Position numbers and translations under genes: made by a program. Source: Eledone cirrhosa (lineage: Eukaryota). Taken from it: a stretch of DNA of 64,000 nucleotides. The stretch covers positions 34,224,001 to 34,288,000 of the forward strand of contig OZ024752.1 of the NCBI GenBank assembly GCA_964016885.1, in the 5' to 3' direction. The notes under the pieces are model-generated. The model was not told where the DNA came from. It was given only the letters and a program-made list of their open reading frames with translations, and searched no databases. Shown here piece after piece: positions 27,013 to 39,309 of this stretch. Numbering within the stretch: position 1 is the first letter of the stretch; each line of letters starts with the position of its first letter.

Positions 27013-27629
27013 ATCATCATCATCATCTTTTTACGTCCGCTTTTCCCTGCTTGCAAGGGTGGGACGGGAACTGATTCTGGCTTGATTTCTACAGCTGGAT
27101 GCCCTTCCTAACACCAACCTCATTTACAGTGAGTGCTGGGTGCTTTTTTGCCGTGGCACCTCCACGACCACTTTGCAGTGGAATGATAGGGACCCCAGTC
27201 CCTATCATCTCATTTCTACAGCTGAGTAAACTGGAGCAATGTAAAATAAGCTGAGTAAACTGGAGCAATGTGAAATAAACCACTAAGCCATGTGCTTAGT
27301 GGTTAGAGCATTGGCCATGCAATCGAAAGGTTGTGAGTTCAATTCTCAGACTGGGTGATGTGTTGTTTCCTTGAGCAAGACACTTTATTTCACATTGCTC
27401 CAGTTTACTCAGCTGTAGAAATGAGATGATAGGGACTGGGGTCTATATTATTCCACTGCAAAAGTGGTCGTGGAGGTGCCACGGCAAAAAAGCACCCAGC
27501 ACTCACTGTAAATGAGGTTGGTGTTAGGAAGGGTATCCAGCTGTAGAAATCAAACCAAAATCAGTTACCGTCCCACCCTTGCAAGCAGGGAAAAGGCGGA
27601 CGTAAAATGAAATGATGATGAAATGATGA
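27013..27629. mobile_element. Head-to-head inverted pair of SINE A1 copies
   Basis: Centre AACCACTAAGC-catgt-GCTTAGTGGTT (~27278-27304); arms near-identical, left copy lacks most of the head. Confidence 0.9.
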
Positions 27630-27947
27630 TATATATTATATATATTAAGAGATTGAACAGGTGGGCTATAGAGTACTAAATTAAGTTGGAAAAAATAAAA
27701 ATATTTCTCATTTCCTCAATGACTGACTGAGAAATGGAGAGAAAAAATACAAACATATTAAATTTTACAAATACCCACCACTGCTGCCAATATATTGTAA
27801 TTTTAATAGCTTGTTTATTGGATTTACACATTTCTTTTTTAATGTATTTTTTTTAATAGAAATTAGCGATATATATTTGAAATCGTAACATATACTTATT
27901 TTTACCAAACAACTACAAATAGTTTCTTTGGCAAATTTGTTTTAATT

Positions 27948-29940
27948 GAGACATCAACTACACTGTCAGAACTGTGTAGACTATATAGTTATATCTATTG
28001 AGACATCAACTACACTGTCAGAACTGTGTAGACTCTACATTTATATCTACTGAGACATCAACTACACTGTCAGAACTGTGTGTAGACTCTATAGTTATAT
28101 CTACTGAGACATCAACTACACTGTCAGAACTGTGTAGACTCTACATTTATATCTACTGAGACATCAACTACACTGTCAGAACTGTGTAGACTCTACATTT
28201 ATATCTACTGAGACATCAACTACACCGTCAGAACTGTGTAGACTCTACATTTATATCTACTGAGACATCAACTACACTGTCAGAACTGTGTAGACTCTAC
28301 ATTTATATCTACTGAGACATCAACTACACTGTCAGAACTGTGTGTAGACTATATATTTATATCTACTGAGACATCAACTACATTGTCAGAACTGTGTAGA
28401 CTCTACATTTATATCTACTGAGACACCATCTACACTGTCAGAACGGTGTAGACTCTACATTTATATCTACTGAGACATCAACTACACTGTCAGAACTGTG
28501 TAGACTCTACATTTATATCTATTGAGACACCATCTACACTGTCAGAACTGTGTAGACTCTATAGTTATATCTACTGAGACATCAACTACACCGTCAGAAC
28601 TGTGTAGACTCTACATTTATATCTACTGAGACATCAACTACACTGCCAGAACTGTGTGTAGACTCTACATTTATATCTACTGAGACATCAACTACACTGT
28701 CAGAACTGTGTAGACTCTACATTTATATCTACTGAGACATAAACTACACTGTCAGAACTGTGTAGACTATATATTTATATCTACTGAGACATCAACTACA
28801 CTGTTAGAACTGTGTGTAGACTCTACATTTATATCTATTGAGACATCAACTACACTGTCAGAACTGTGTAGACTCTACATTTATATTTATTGAGACATCA
28901 ACTACACTGTCAGAACTGTGTAGACTATATATTTATATCTACTGAGACATCAACTACACTGTCAGAACTGTGTAGACTCTACATTTATATTTATTGAGAC
29001 ATCAACTACACTGTCAGAACTGTGTAGACTATATATTTATATCTATTGAGACATCAACTACACTGTCAGAACTGTGTAGACTATATATTTATATCTACTG
29101 AGACATCAACTACACTGTCAGAACTGTGTAGACTCTGTATTTATATCTACTGAGACACCATCTACACTGTAAGAACTGTGTGTAGACTCTATATTTATAT
29201 CTACTGAGACATCAACTACACTGTCAGAACTGTGTAGACTCTACATTTATATCTACTGAGACATCAACTACACTGTCAGAACTGTGTGTAGACTCTACAT
29301 TTATATCTACTGAGACATCAACTACACTGTCAGAACTGTGTAGACTCTGTATTTATATCTACTGAGACACCATCTACACTGTAAGAACTGTGTGTAGACT
29401 CTATATTTATATCTACTGAGACATCAACTACACTGTCAGAACTGTGTAGACTCTACATTTATATCTACTGAGACATCAACTACACTGTCAGAACTGTGTG
29501 TAGACTCTACATTTATATCTACTGAGACATCAACTACACTGTCAGAACTGTGTAGACTCTACATTTATATCTACTGAGACATAAACTACACTGTCAGAAT
29601 TGTGTAGACTCTACATTTATATCTACTGAGACATAAACTACACTGTCAGAACTGTGTAGACTATATATTTATATCTACTGAGACATCAACTACACTGTCA
29701 GAACTGTGTGTAAGACTCTACATTTATATCTATTGAGACATCAACTACACTGTCAGAACTGTGTAGACTCTATATTTATATCTATTGAGACATCAACTAC
29801 ACTGTCAGAACTGTGTAGACTCTACATTTATATCTACTGAGACATCAACTACACTGTCAGAACTGTGTAGACTCTACATTTATATCTACTGAGACATCAA
29901 CTACACTGTCAGAACTGTGTAAACTCTACATTTATATCTA
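27948..29940. repeat. 52-bp minisatellite (~38 copies)
   Basis: Unit GAGACATCAACTACACTGTCAGAACTGTGTAGACTCTACATTTATATCTACT. Confidence 0.97.
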
Positions 29941-30061
29941 TAGTGAATTTTAAACCGTATATAATCCATCAGTTATTACAGTCCAATCAGCTGGTTATTT
30001 ATAGTGTGCAGCTTGTGTCTCTGTGAACACACAAATATATATATTTAAAACCTCATTTCTC

Positions 30062-30456
30062 TCCAGGATATGCGACGGCTGGAGAGAAATGAGGCAAACA
30101 TGCTCCGTTGGATGTGCAATGTTAATGTACGTGAACGACCCAGCATGGATGTGTTGAGAGAGAAACTGTGTCTGAGAGGGATAGAATGTAGTGTGCTAGA
30201 GAGGAGACTGCGGTGGTATGGACATGTGATGCGCGTGGAGGATAACCGATGGGTGAAGAAGTGCCAGTTGAAGGAAGACTTGGTTGAGGTAGACCACGAA
30301 AAACATGGGCGGAGGTGGTGAGAACAGACCTCAGATCGCTGAAGCTCACGGTGGAGATGACGAAGGACCGTGACAAGTGGAGAGATGCTGTGCTGAATAA
30401 GACCCGTCCCACCCTTGCAAGCAGGGAAAAATGGACGTAAAATGATGATGTTGATG
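30062..30456 (+). mobile_element. RTE-clade LINE 3' fragment (frameshifted)
   Basis: Translation LERNEANMLRWMC...RRLRWYGHVMR is typical of the RTE post-RT C-terminus; 3' end GGACGTAAAATGATGATG. Confidence 0.88.
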
Positions 30457-30573
30457 AAAACAAAACAAGGTTTCACATTAAGGTCTTTATTGACTATACA
30501 CAGTTACGACTGTTTCACAAGTGGGTATATAAAACCAAAATCTTGTGAGGTTTTGGTTTTGCTTGATTAACAA

Positions 30574-30655
30574 GTCTGATGAGCAGATCAGTCTGGAGTT
30601 GGGTCCATAGCCTTTATATGGATCCTGAGCCACCCATCTGTGAAACGGTCGTCAC
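30574..30655 (+). ncRNA. Hammerhead-like motif with extended stem II
   Basis: gu-CUGAUGA-GCAGAU...AUCUGU-GAAA-CGGUCG-UC-ac; related 3' half in inverted orientation at ~30500-30520. Confidence 0.55.
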
Positions 30656-30840
30656 AGGGTTAAACCCCCAGCTATTACTGGTACTCATTTTCAGCTGAGT
30701 ATACTGGAGTAATGTGAAATGAAGTGTTTTGTTCAAGAACATAACATACAACCCAGTCCAGGAATTGAACCCACAACATTTTGATCGTAAGTCCAACAGG
30801 TCTCCACACTAGGTCTCCACACACATACACACACGTGTAT

Positions 30841-30985
30841 GCAAAATCTGGAGAAAAACAACAAAGCAAACAACGTAGTACAATGAAGAAATATATTAGT
30901 TTAACGCTCGATATAGTAGGAAAACAGCCTTTATGTTTCGGACCCTAGTCCTTCATCAGCAGATAGAATGAGAAATAAAAGAGGA
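30841..30985 (-). mobile_element. Hammerhead-bearing short element, family F
   Basis: Minus strand CTGATGAAGGACTAGGGTCCGAAAC (30959-30935); downstream homology to the 36134 and 63264 copies. Confidence 0.75.
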
Positions 30986-31740
30986 AATAGAATGATAGAG
31001 ATTGAGAAGAGGAAGGAACAGGATAAAAAATATTTTGAGAAAAAACACGTGAGTATTCAGCCAGTCAGCCATTTTGGAAAAAAACTGTGGTTCTAAAAAT
31101 TTTAATAACTTATCTACAACTCTTTTGCAAAATCTCTCATTTCCCTTCTGTCTGTTTTATTTTTAAGAATCCACTACATAAAATAATAATAACATACTTC
31201 AATCATTCAACGTAATATATTATTACTACTTCAACATTCCACTTCAATATATCTTACTTTTTCTGAAGCCAACCCAATAGTTTTTATTTTTTATTTTCTC
31301 ATACACATACTTAATAAGCTATTGCTTTTAAAAATCTCTCATACAATTCTATTAACAGATATTCAAGATGCTTTTAATCTATTACTACAGGTGAAAAACA
31401 ACAACAACATTAAACAAAAACAAAACACAGATACACATATATACACCATACATACACACAAAACCATCTGTATTTGGCAAACTTTCATGCTTTGCTAATT
31501 CTTTTTTGTAAATGTGGCTCAGTGACTAATATGGTTTTAGAGCATAGGTAGAGATGGTTTCTTTCTTTCTATCTATTTATCTATCTGTCTACGTATCTAT
31601 CTATCTACCTATCTATTATCTTTCTATCTATGAGGGCTGTCTACCTATCTACCTACCTACCTACCCATCCATCTATGAGGTCTATCTATCTACCTACATA
31701 TTTAGCTATCTATCTATTTACTTATCTATCTAACTACCTA

Positions 31741-32205
31741 TGTATGGTGGACGCATCTGAAAGGACTGAGGTCAGACACCTTTCTCTCTGGCCAACAACT
31801 GGTCCGTTTCTTCTGATATCATTTCGGAAGAAGGATCAGGATGGAGAGAGAGGTGCTGCACCCCAGCCGTTTTTATGAAAGATGGGTGAAAGTGGCGAGA
31901 ATGGCCCGTGTGAATGGGCCTTCACTCTACATCAGACTATAGGTGAGGAAGATGAAAGACCAAGGGAGCACCCCTTCTCTGTGCTCCTGAGGAAAAGGGT
32001 TGCACACTTTTTTTCGGGGGTGTGTGCGACCCCCCAAGGCACCTCCTCTCTATTGAGGATTTTGTTATAAATTTTATTCTGTTATAATTTATTTTATTTT
32101 TATATTTTGTTATTGCCTCCTCCTTATTGAGGACGCCTTGTTTTGTAAACTCCCCCCATTGTACTTGTCCCACTTTTGATGCCCTGGTGGCAAATAAAAG
32201 AAACA
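31741..32205 (+). mobile_element. 5'-truncated L1/Tx1 LINE 3' end with 18-bp TSD
   Basis: Near-identical to 45756-46220; TSD TATCTATCTAACTACCTA at 31723-31740 and 32206-32223. Confidence 0.93.
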
Positions 32206-32303
32206 TATCTATCTAACTACCTATCTATGAGGGCTATCTACCATCCATCCATCTATGAGGTGTATCCATCTATCTACATATTGAGCTATCCATCTATCTA
32301 TCT

Positions 32304-32945
32304 ATGGTGAAAGAGGTTATATGGTGGACGAGGTTGAGAGGACTGAGGACAGATGCCTTTCTCTCTGGACAACAACTCATTCCCTTCTTTAAGTATCACT
32401 TTAGAAGGAGAATCAGAGTGGAGAGAGAGGCACTGCACCCCAGTAAATTTACTGAAAGGTGGGTGAATGTGGCAAAAATGGCCCGAGTGATTGGGCCTTC
32501 TCTGTTTATAAGCCTGTAGGTTAAAGAAGAGAGCAAAAGGAAGAAAGGAGCACTTGCACAACACGCTCCTGGAGTTGAGGGTTGTTCTATTGACGGGGTA
32601 TTAAACAACCCATTTGTGGCGCTTCCCCCCTATTGGGGATTTCGATCGATTATTGTAATTGTTTGTTTTATATTTTTTTACACGACTGTATGTAAAATCC
32701 CCAGCATGTCTTTGTATTGTCCCCTTTTCTTGTGCGCCCTTGTGGCAAATAAAGAAATATATCTATCTATCTACCCATCCATCTATCTACCCATATGAAC
32801 TGTCTCCCCCTATTGGGGAAAATCAATTAATTTTTAAATTGCATTTGTGATAATATTTTACACGTTTTTATTGTATGTAAACTTCCCCCTTTGTATTTGT
32901 CCCCTTCTTTTGTGGCCCTGAGGCTAATAAAGAAACATATCTAAT
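32304..32945 (+). mobile_element. Two more Tx1-family 3' fragments (different subfamilies) in (TCTA)n
   Basis: MVKEVIWWTRLRGLRTDAFLSGQQL is homologous to the C-terminus of the 44487 ORF; both end AATAAAGAAA(T/C)AT then TCTA repeats. Confidence 0.9.
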
Positions 32946-33739
32946 TACCATCTATCTATCTATTTATCTATCATGGCTGACATTCGCTAGTCATACCTCT
33001 TCAATTAGCACTCACTCTCCAGTCTAATATAATTTTCAATAGCCAAGTTTACCTGTGAGGTAAAAACACAGTAGTGTAATAAGGAGTGCAAACATTATAT
33101 AGCTTTCGTTGTAGGGATTACCAGATATATGAACAATCATACAAACATGGAAATTTGTTTGTTGATAAATTAATGATTTGCCTAAGAGAAACCCTATAAT
33201 TTATGTTGATTACTGACATGTGGAAATGATTAAAAGTAAGCGTGATATTTTGATAATTTATCTCTAAGATATAATTACATAAACATTCAACATATATCTA
33301 CAAATGACATACAGGATTAAATGTAGGAGTAACTTTGGAGGGATAACTATTTACAGTGACGAATGTAGGGTTAGAATCCAGGATCATATTATTGCAACAT
33401 GTCTGAGATAGGAAATATATTGTGGATATGTCTGTGTGTGCAAATTTAAAGAGTTACAGACACACAAACACACACACACACACTCATATATATATATCAT
33501 TTATGTTACATTGTTTACCAATGAGTGGAACTGGTGATTCCGGTTGGTAAATGATGATGCAATGTTATGCAGATCATAGATGTGGTATCCAGTGGTTGGT
33601 GCAGGAAAGAAGTGAAGTATTCACAAATGATATATCACTCTTTCTCTTTCTCGCTAAATATATCTTTTAAATTTGAATTATTATATACAGTATATATATC
33701 AATCCATTTGAAAAAGTGTCCCGCATGGCTAAGGTTATA

Positions 33740-33981
33740 TAAAACGAATTTGAAAAAAGGTCACTGAAGACAACGGAAAAATGGTTTGATTGTTGTTACA
33801 GAGGCCTGGTTGAAGGCCTAACCTTCTGAGTTCTTTTCACAGTGGAGCTTAGAAAAACTGAAGGACCGCTGAAATAAGTGTGTAAACCCGAGAGAGAAAT
33901 ATGTTGAATAAAATCATAATTAACTGATTCTCCTGTATTTTCTTTTACCCAAAGCCAGGAACTTTTTAGCACCCCTTCGTA
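33740..33981 (+). mobile_element. Degenerate mariner transposase 3' end plus right TIR
   Basis: EKLKDR*NKCVNPREKYVE* resembles the mariner KL..RW.KC....G.YVE C-terminus; ends ACTTTTTAGCACCCCTTCG-TA. Confidence 0.7.
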
Positions 33982-34028
33982 TGTATGTATGTATGTATGT
34001 ATGTATGTATGTATATGTGTATATATAT

Positions 34029-34265
34029 ATATTTATTAAAATAACAGATTAAAGTTTAAGCAAAGAATCGCTGCTTTCACCCTTAACGGGATCTTCTGAA
34101 ACTAACCAGTTTCAAAAGATCCCGTTAAGGGTGAAAGCAGCGATTCTTTGCTTAAACTTTAATCTGTTATTTTAATAAATATTTGCTCTACGGTTCTTAT
34201 ATATTTGATATATATTTATCCTTATCGAGCCCTCTTTGGATTTTAGTCTTCAAATTTATTATTAT

Positions 34266-34270
<5 letters not shown>
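34029..34270 (+). mobile_element. Fold-back element: 75-bp arms (34029-34103 / 34108-34182), 4-nt loop, ~88-nt tail
   Basis: One mismatch between arms; (TA)n flanks; internally deleted sister copy at 59755-59803. Confidence 0.9.
34108..34158 (+). ncRNA. Type I hammerhead fold with non-canonical core (CAAAAGA here; CAGAAGA in the minus-strand arm)
   Basis: AGUUU-core-uCCCguuaaGGGu-GAAA-GCA...UGC-UU-AAACU: all three stems close. Confidence 0.55.
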
Positions 34271-34316
<46 letters not shown>

Positions 34317-34321
<5 letters not shown>

Positions 34322-34810
34322 TACCCCCGGCATTTGCAGTCCTGGTTGTTCACAGAATTTTCTATAGAACCTAACTAATAATTGTTCGTGGAATCGTAAA
34401 TATCTTCCGCAACTTTTTAATGGCTTTTTTCGTGGCAATATATATTATTTCACGCTTTTTAATGCTAAATTATTAATTGTTTCTACTTTAGGCACAAGGC
34501 CAGCAATTACCCAGTGCATTACTGGTACTTTATTTTATCGACCCCGTAAGGATGAAAGGCAAAGTTAACCTCGGCGGGATTTGAACTCAGACCGTAAAGG
34601 GACGTAACTATGCTGGAAAGCATGGCGTCCGACCCTCTACCGATACTGCCAATCCACCACCTAATGCTAAATTATTAATAACAATATACCAGATGTGCTG
34701 TCCTATATTTTACGTTATCTTTTGACGTTTATAGGCATTTTTATGGACCACGTCCAATATTCACGGTCTTCTATGAACGTAATCCCCGTGAATACTGCCG
34801 GTCAACTGTA
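34317..34810. mobile_element. pogo/Tigger-like MITE interrupted by a full SINE B (34478-34661, minus) with 18-bp TSD
   Basis: TSD TAATGCTAAATTATTAAT at 34460-34477 and 34662-34679; the uninterrupted site is visible in the 13803 copy. Confidence 0.88.
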
Positions 34811-34924
34811 TATATCCCCCCACCCCCACCCCATCCACACCACCCCCTTCTATGTAAAGTTATGTCGGTGCCACGCCATCCAGGCCGAAACAAATGAGGT
34901 CGTGTAGGTGTCACGACAAAAAAA

Positions 34925-35930
34925 CACACAGTCCACGCTGTAATGTGGCCGTGTAGGCAACACGGTAAAAACCTCCCAGTCTCACACTGTAAATGTGGTT
35001 GGTGTTAGGAAGGGCATCCAGCTGTAGAAAACCCGCCAGACAGTCCACGCTGTAATGTGGCCATGTAGGCAACACGGTAAAAACCTCCCAGCCCCACACT
35101 GTAAATGTGGTTGGTGTTAGGAAGGGCATCCAGCTGTAGAAAACCCGCCAGACAGTCCACGCTGTAATGTGGCCGTGTAGGCAACACGGTAAAAACCTCC
35201 CAGACCCACACTGTAAATGTGGTTGGTGTTAGGAAGGGTATCCAGCTGTAGAAAACCCGCCAGACAGTCCACGCTGTAATGTGGCCGTGTAGGCAACACG
35301 GTAAAAACCTCCCAGACCCACACTGTAAATGTGGTTGGTGTTAGGAAGGGCATCCAGCTGTAGAAAACCCGCCAGACAGTCCACGCTGTAATGTGGCCGT
35401 GTAGGCAACACGGTAAAAACCTCCCAGTCCCACACTGTAAATGTGGTTGGTGTTAGGAAGGGCATCCAGCTGTAGAAAACCCGCCAGACAGTCCACGCTG
35501 TAATGTGGCCGTGTAGGCAACACGGTAAAAACCTCCCAGTCCCACACTGTAAATGTGGTTGGTGTTAGGAAGGGCATCCAGCTGTAGAAAACCCGCCAGA
35601 CAGTCCACGCTGTAATGTGGCCGTGTAGGCAACACGGTAAAAACCTCCCAGTCCCACACTGTAAATGTGGTTGGTGTTAGGAAGGGCATCCAGCTGTAGA
35701 AAACCCGCCAGACAGTCCACGCTGTAATGTGGCCGTGTAGGCAACACGGTAAAAACCTCCCAGTCCCACACTGTAAATGTGGTTGGTGTTAGGAAGGGCA
35801 TCCAGCTGTAGAAAACCCGCCAGACAGTCCTATGCGAGCAAGACAATCACTCTTGCCTCAAGTGGGAATACCCCCGTCCAAACCCATGCAAGCGTGGAAC
35901 ACGGACGCTAAACCTGATGATGATGATGAT
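34925..35930 (+). repeat. 112-bp tandem array (~8 copies) expanded inside a SINE, ending in the RTE-like tail
   Basis: Unit contains the SINE A motif GGTTGGTGTTAGGAAGGGCATCCAGCTGTAGAAA; tail CCCGTCCAAACCCATGCAAGCGTGGAAC...TGATGATG follows. Confidence 0.93.
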
Positions 35931-36069
35931 ATCTTTTCGTATCACTGAAATTTTTTTTGCTTCTTGCATTTAAATATACCACCACTCTCTATCACTTTTC
36001 CTCTACTATAATCTTCTTACACCACCCTCTTCTTCTCATCGGTCTATTTCTCATTCCCACCCTAGTCCA

Positions 36070-36252
36070 AAGACATTTTTTCCAATTCCAACCCACCCAT
36101 CCCTTCAATCTATCTTATTTCTCATTCTTTCTTCTGATGAAGGACTAGTGTCCGAAACGTTAAGTCGCTCTTCCTGCTATATCAAGCGTTAACTTAATAT
36201 ATACCTCCCATATACTGTACCGATTGTGTTGTTATTTCTGTTTACCTTTTAC
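36070..36252 (+). mobile_element. Hammerhead-bearing short element, family F
   Basis: cuu-CUGAUGA-a-GGAC-uagu-GUCC-GAAA-CG-UU-aag at 36131-36164; ends TTTACCTTTTAC then (TA)n. Confidence 0.8.
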
Positions 36253-36414
36253 ATATATATATATATATATATTCAGGTTAGAGGTTCACCACTGGATAGA
36301 GCTGGTCTCGAGGGCGACTGGCTGAGGTTGAAGGAGCAGGATAGCGGTCGCCCTCAGATCCCCGATTTTCAGCCCCATGGATTTTATCTATTACATTCAC
36401 GTATTATATTTTGA

Positions 36415-36472
36415 ATACCTGATGATATCACCGGATTCATATGGAACCCGGTCATTGAAATGATCATAGTAT
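36415..36472 (+). ncRNA. Complete type I hammerhead ribozyme motif within rearranged element 36271-36525
   Basis: AUAC-CUGAUGA-u-AUCACCGG...CCGGUCAU-u-GAAA-UGAUCA-UA-GUAU followed by AATAAA; element ends are homologous to 60302-60484. Confidence 0.78.
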
Positions 36473-36764
36473 AATAAACCTTTCAAGGATTTACACAAAT
36501 CCAGCCTCCTGTCATTTCATTATAATATATATATATATATATATATACACAAGTGGAAGCTTAGTAAAATCAAAGCTTTGGCTGTGGCCAAGCAAAGTCG
36601 ACCTCCAATAAGGAATGAGTAGCAAAGCACTCAATAAGGGTAGGTCCTTAGAGTAATAACATTACGTTTAGATAGCTTGACAAATTGAAAATTGCGGTAG
36701 GAAAAACCCAACCATACAATACCAAAGACAATGAAAGCACTAATCAGGTAAAACATATATCATT

Positions 36765-37159
36765 TCATCATCATTTCATTTTACATCCGCTTTTTCCCTG
36801 CTTGCAAGGGTGAGACGGGAACTGATTCTGGCTTGATTTCTACAGCTGGATGCCCTTCCTAACACCAACCTCATTTACAGTGAGTGCTGGGTGCTTTTTT
36901 TACTGTGGCACCTCCACGACCACTTTACAGTGTGGGCTGGGTGTTTTTTTGCCGTGGCACCTCCACGACCACTTTGCAGTGGAATGATAGGGACTGGGAG
37001 CCCAGACCCTATCATCTCATTTCTACAGCTGAGTAAACTGGAGCAATGTGGAATAAAGTGTCTTGCTCAAGGAAACAACACATCACCTGGTCTGAGAATT
37101 GAACTCACAACCTTTCGATTGCAAGGCCAATGCTCTAACCACTAAGCCATGTCCCTCCA
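36765..37159 (-). mobile_element. Full-length SINE A1
   Basis: Same head, body and tail as 9948-10296 and 27295-27629. Confidence 0.9.
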
Positions 37160-38063
37160 TATATATACGCACACACACACACATACAAACCAAATGGTGA
37201 ATTATTATGGTCAATCATTCCAAATTGTTGATTATTTTCAAAATTACTTGAAACACATCGGTAGCGCTGTATATGTTATTCAAGACATGGTAAGAAAGGA
37301 TTATACAACACTTTAAGTGTATCAATCTTTACTAAGACAACCTTGTAGCTGCAGATTAGCAGTAATTTTGACATTGATTTAATAACATGTGTCACAACCT
37401 CTCATGTAAAGATGATACAAAACACAGACAAGGGAGCCCCTATGGTGTCATTTCACCTGCTAGAAATAGCAGCTAAATTTCCTTATCTTAATATATGTGA
37501 GACTACACCCAAATAATTGTGAACGTACATGGCTTAGTGTTTAGATCATTGGGCTTGCAATTGTGAAATTGTGAGTGCAATTCTCAGACTGGCTGATGTG
37601 TTGTGTCCTTGAGCAAGAAGCTTTATTTCATGTTGCTCCAGTTCACTCAGCTGTAGAAATGATACCAGTGATGTCACTGGTGTCAAGTTGTATGGTCCTT
37701 TGTCAAAGGTTTTTGTTTGTTTGTTTTGTACTTCTCAATTATTCTTACCTGCTTCTCACCCCCCCCCCCCTCCTCTCCTATCCCCCCCCCCCGTTTCCAC
37801 TTATTTATTTTTTTCTTGGTATCCTACTATTTTGATCTTGAAATGTGACAGAAAAACTACAAGCAGCCTTTTGAGTGTGAGTTACTTTAAAGCCTTGTTT
37901 TATATACATTGTTCTGTGTGTGTGTGTGTGTATGTGTGTGTGTACACAAACAACTTTACATATGTGTATTTATACAATATATACATAGAGAGATAGACAA
38001 TGTATTAAAAGTACTTGTCAACGGGCTTGTTTTTAAAAGTATTTACCCCTCTCTCTCTTCTCC

Positions 38064-38094
<31 letters not shown>

Positions 38095-39309
38095 GTGTAT
38101 GTACTACATTGTATAGTTGATGACAATCACACAGGCCCTATTTTATTTGTTCATTATTATACCTACCCCCACCAGACCAGGGTAAAGAAGTGAACAGTGG
38201 AACTATTTACTAACTAGGGGCCAGTAGACCCCTAAGCCATTATTTGATGGGAGAGGGTCACTAGAAATAGTTGAACAGTTGATTTATGTTGGCTTATCCT
38301 TGCTTCTCCTTTGCATCCCCCCACCCCCACACACTACAGTGTGAAGGTGGGGTGGAGGTATATTTCATGGTGACACCAGCACTAGAGAAGTTGTCATGTC
38401 TATAACACAGCTGTAGAGTCCTCCAGACCTTTTGTTTAAGAAAGGAAAGAACCCTTAACTCATAGTGGAGTCAGAGGGGGGCATTCTACTGATACACAGC
38501 ATACCTTGGCCATTTTAAAACCTGGTGGAGCCCTTCTCTCTCCAAGCTGGCAAAGCACAGCTGAATTCTCTCAGAAAAAAGATAGAAAGGCAGAGATAGA
38601 GAGTGTGAAAAAAATCGACCCCAGTAGTAAACTGGTACCTTATTAACCAACCACGAAAGGATGAAAAGCAAAGTTGACCTCAGTAGGATTTAAACTCGGA
38701 ATGGAGTCGTCTTGAACAAACACCAAGGCATTATTGGCAGTATCAGTAGAGCATCAGACACCATGCTTTGTAAGCATAGAGTTATGGCCCTTTACGTTCT
38801 GAGTTCAAATCCTGCTGAAGTTAATTTTGCCTTTCATCTTTACGGGGGTCAATAAAATAAAGCACCAGTAATGCACTGGGGTAATTGCTGGCTTTGTGCC
38901 AAAAGTAGAAACAATTATTATTTATTCTATTTTGACTATTTAGTGTAATCCATTGTTGTGATTTTCCAACAATTCCAGACTCTTCTGCTTCAGTACAGCT
39001 TATATAGCTCAGTGTTTGTCAATGTTGGACTTGCTATAAGCTAAAGAAGCTGTAGCTTAAGACCACACCCCCTCAGCCCTGGGGTTAAGTCTATGATGGA
39101 CTGTCACTTCGGTCTAGGTCATTTAATGCCAATGAACCTAAAATAAGGCTGATGCACTTTTACCAAACCCAGCAACAAGAACAACAACAAAAAAAAAGAC
39201 TATGTTTACATACAAAGTTGCTTGACCTCCTCCACACTTCTGTCAACAAATAAATCTTTAAACCAAATCCTAAATACTATAACAAAATGACAGACAGCGA
39301 TGATGGAAG

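Noticed and set aside
27295-27355. tRNA gene (A and B boxes present)
   Set aside because: Continues into SINE body and LINE-like tail; no complete acceptor stem, so it is a SINE head
36134-36164. C/D-box snoRNA reading of the TGATGA motifs
   Set aside because: Followed immediately by hairpin-GAAA-stem III geometry; no D box or terminal stem seen; multi-copy mobile context
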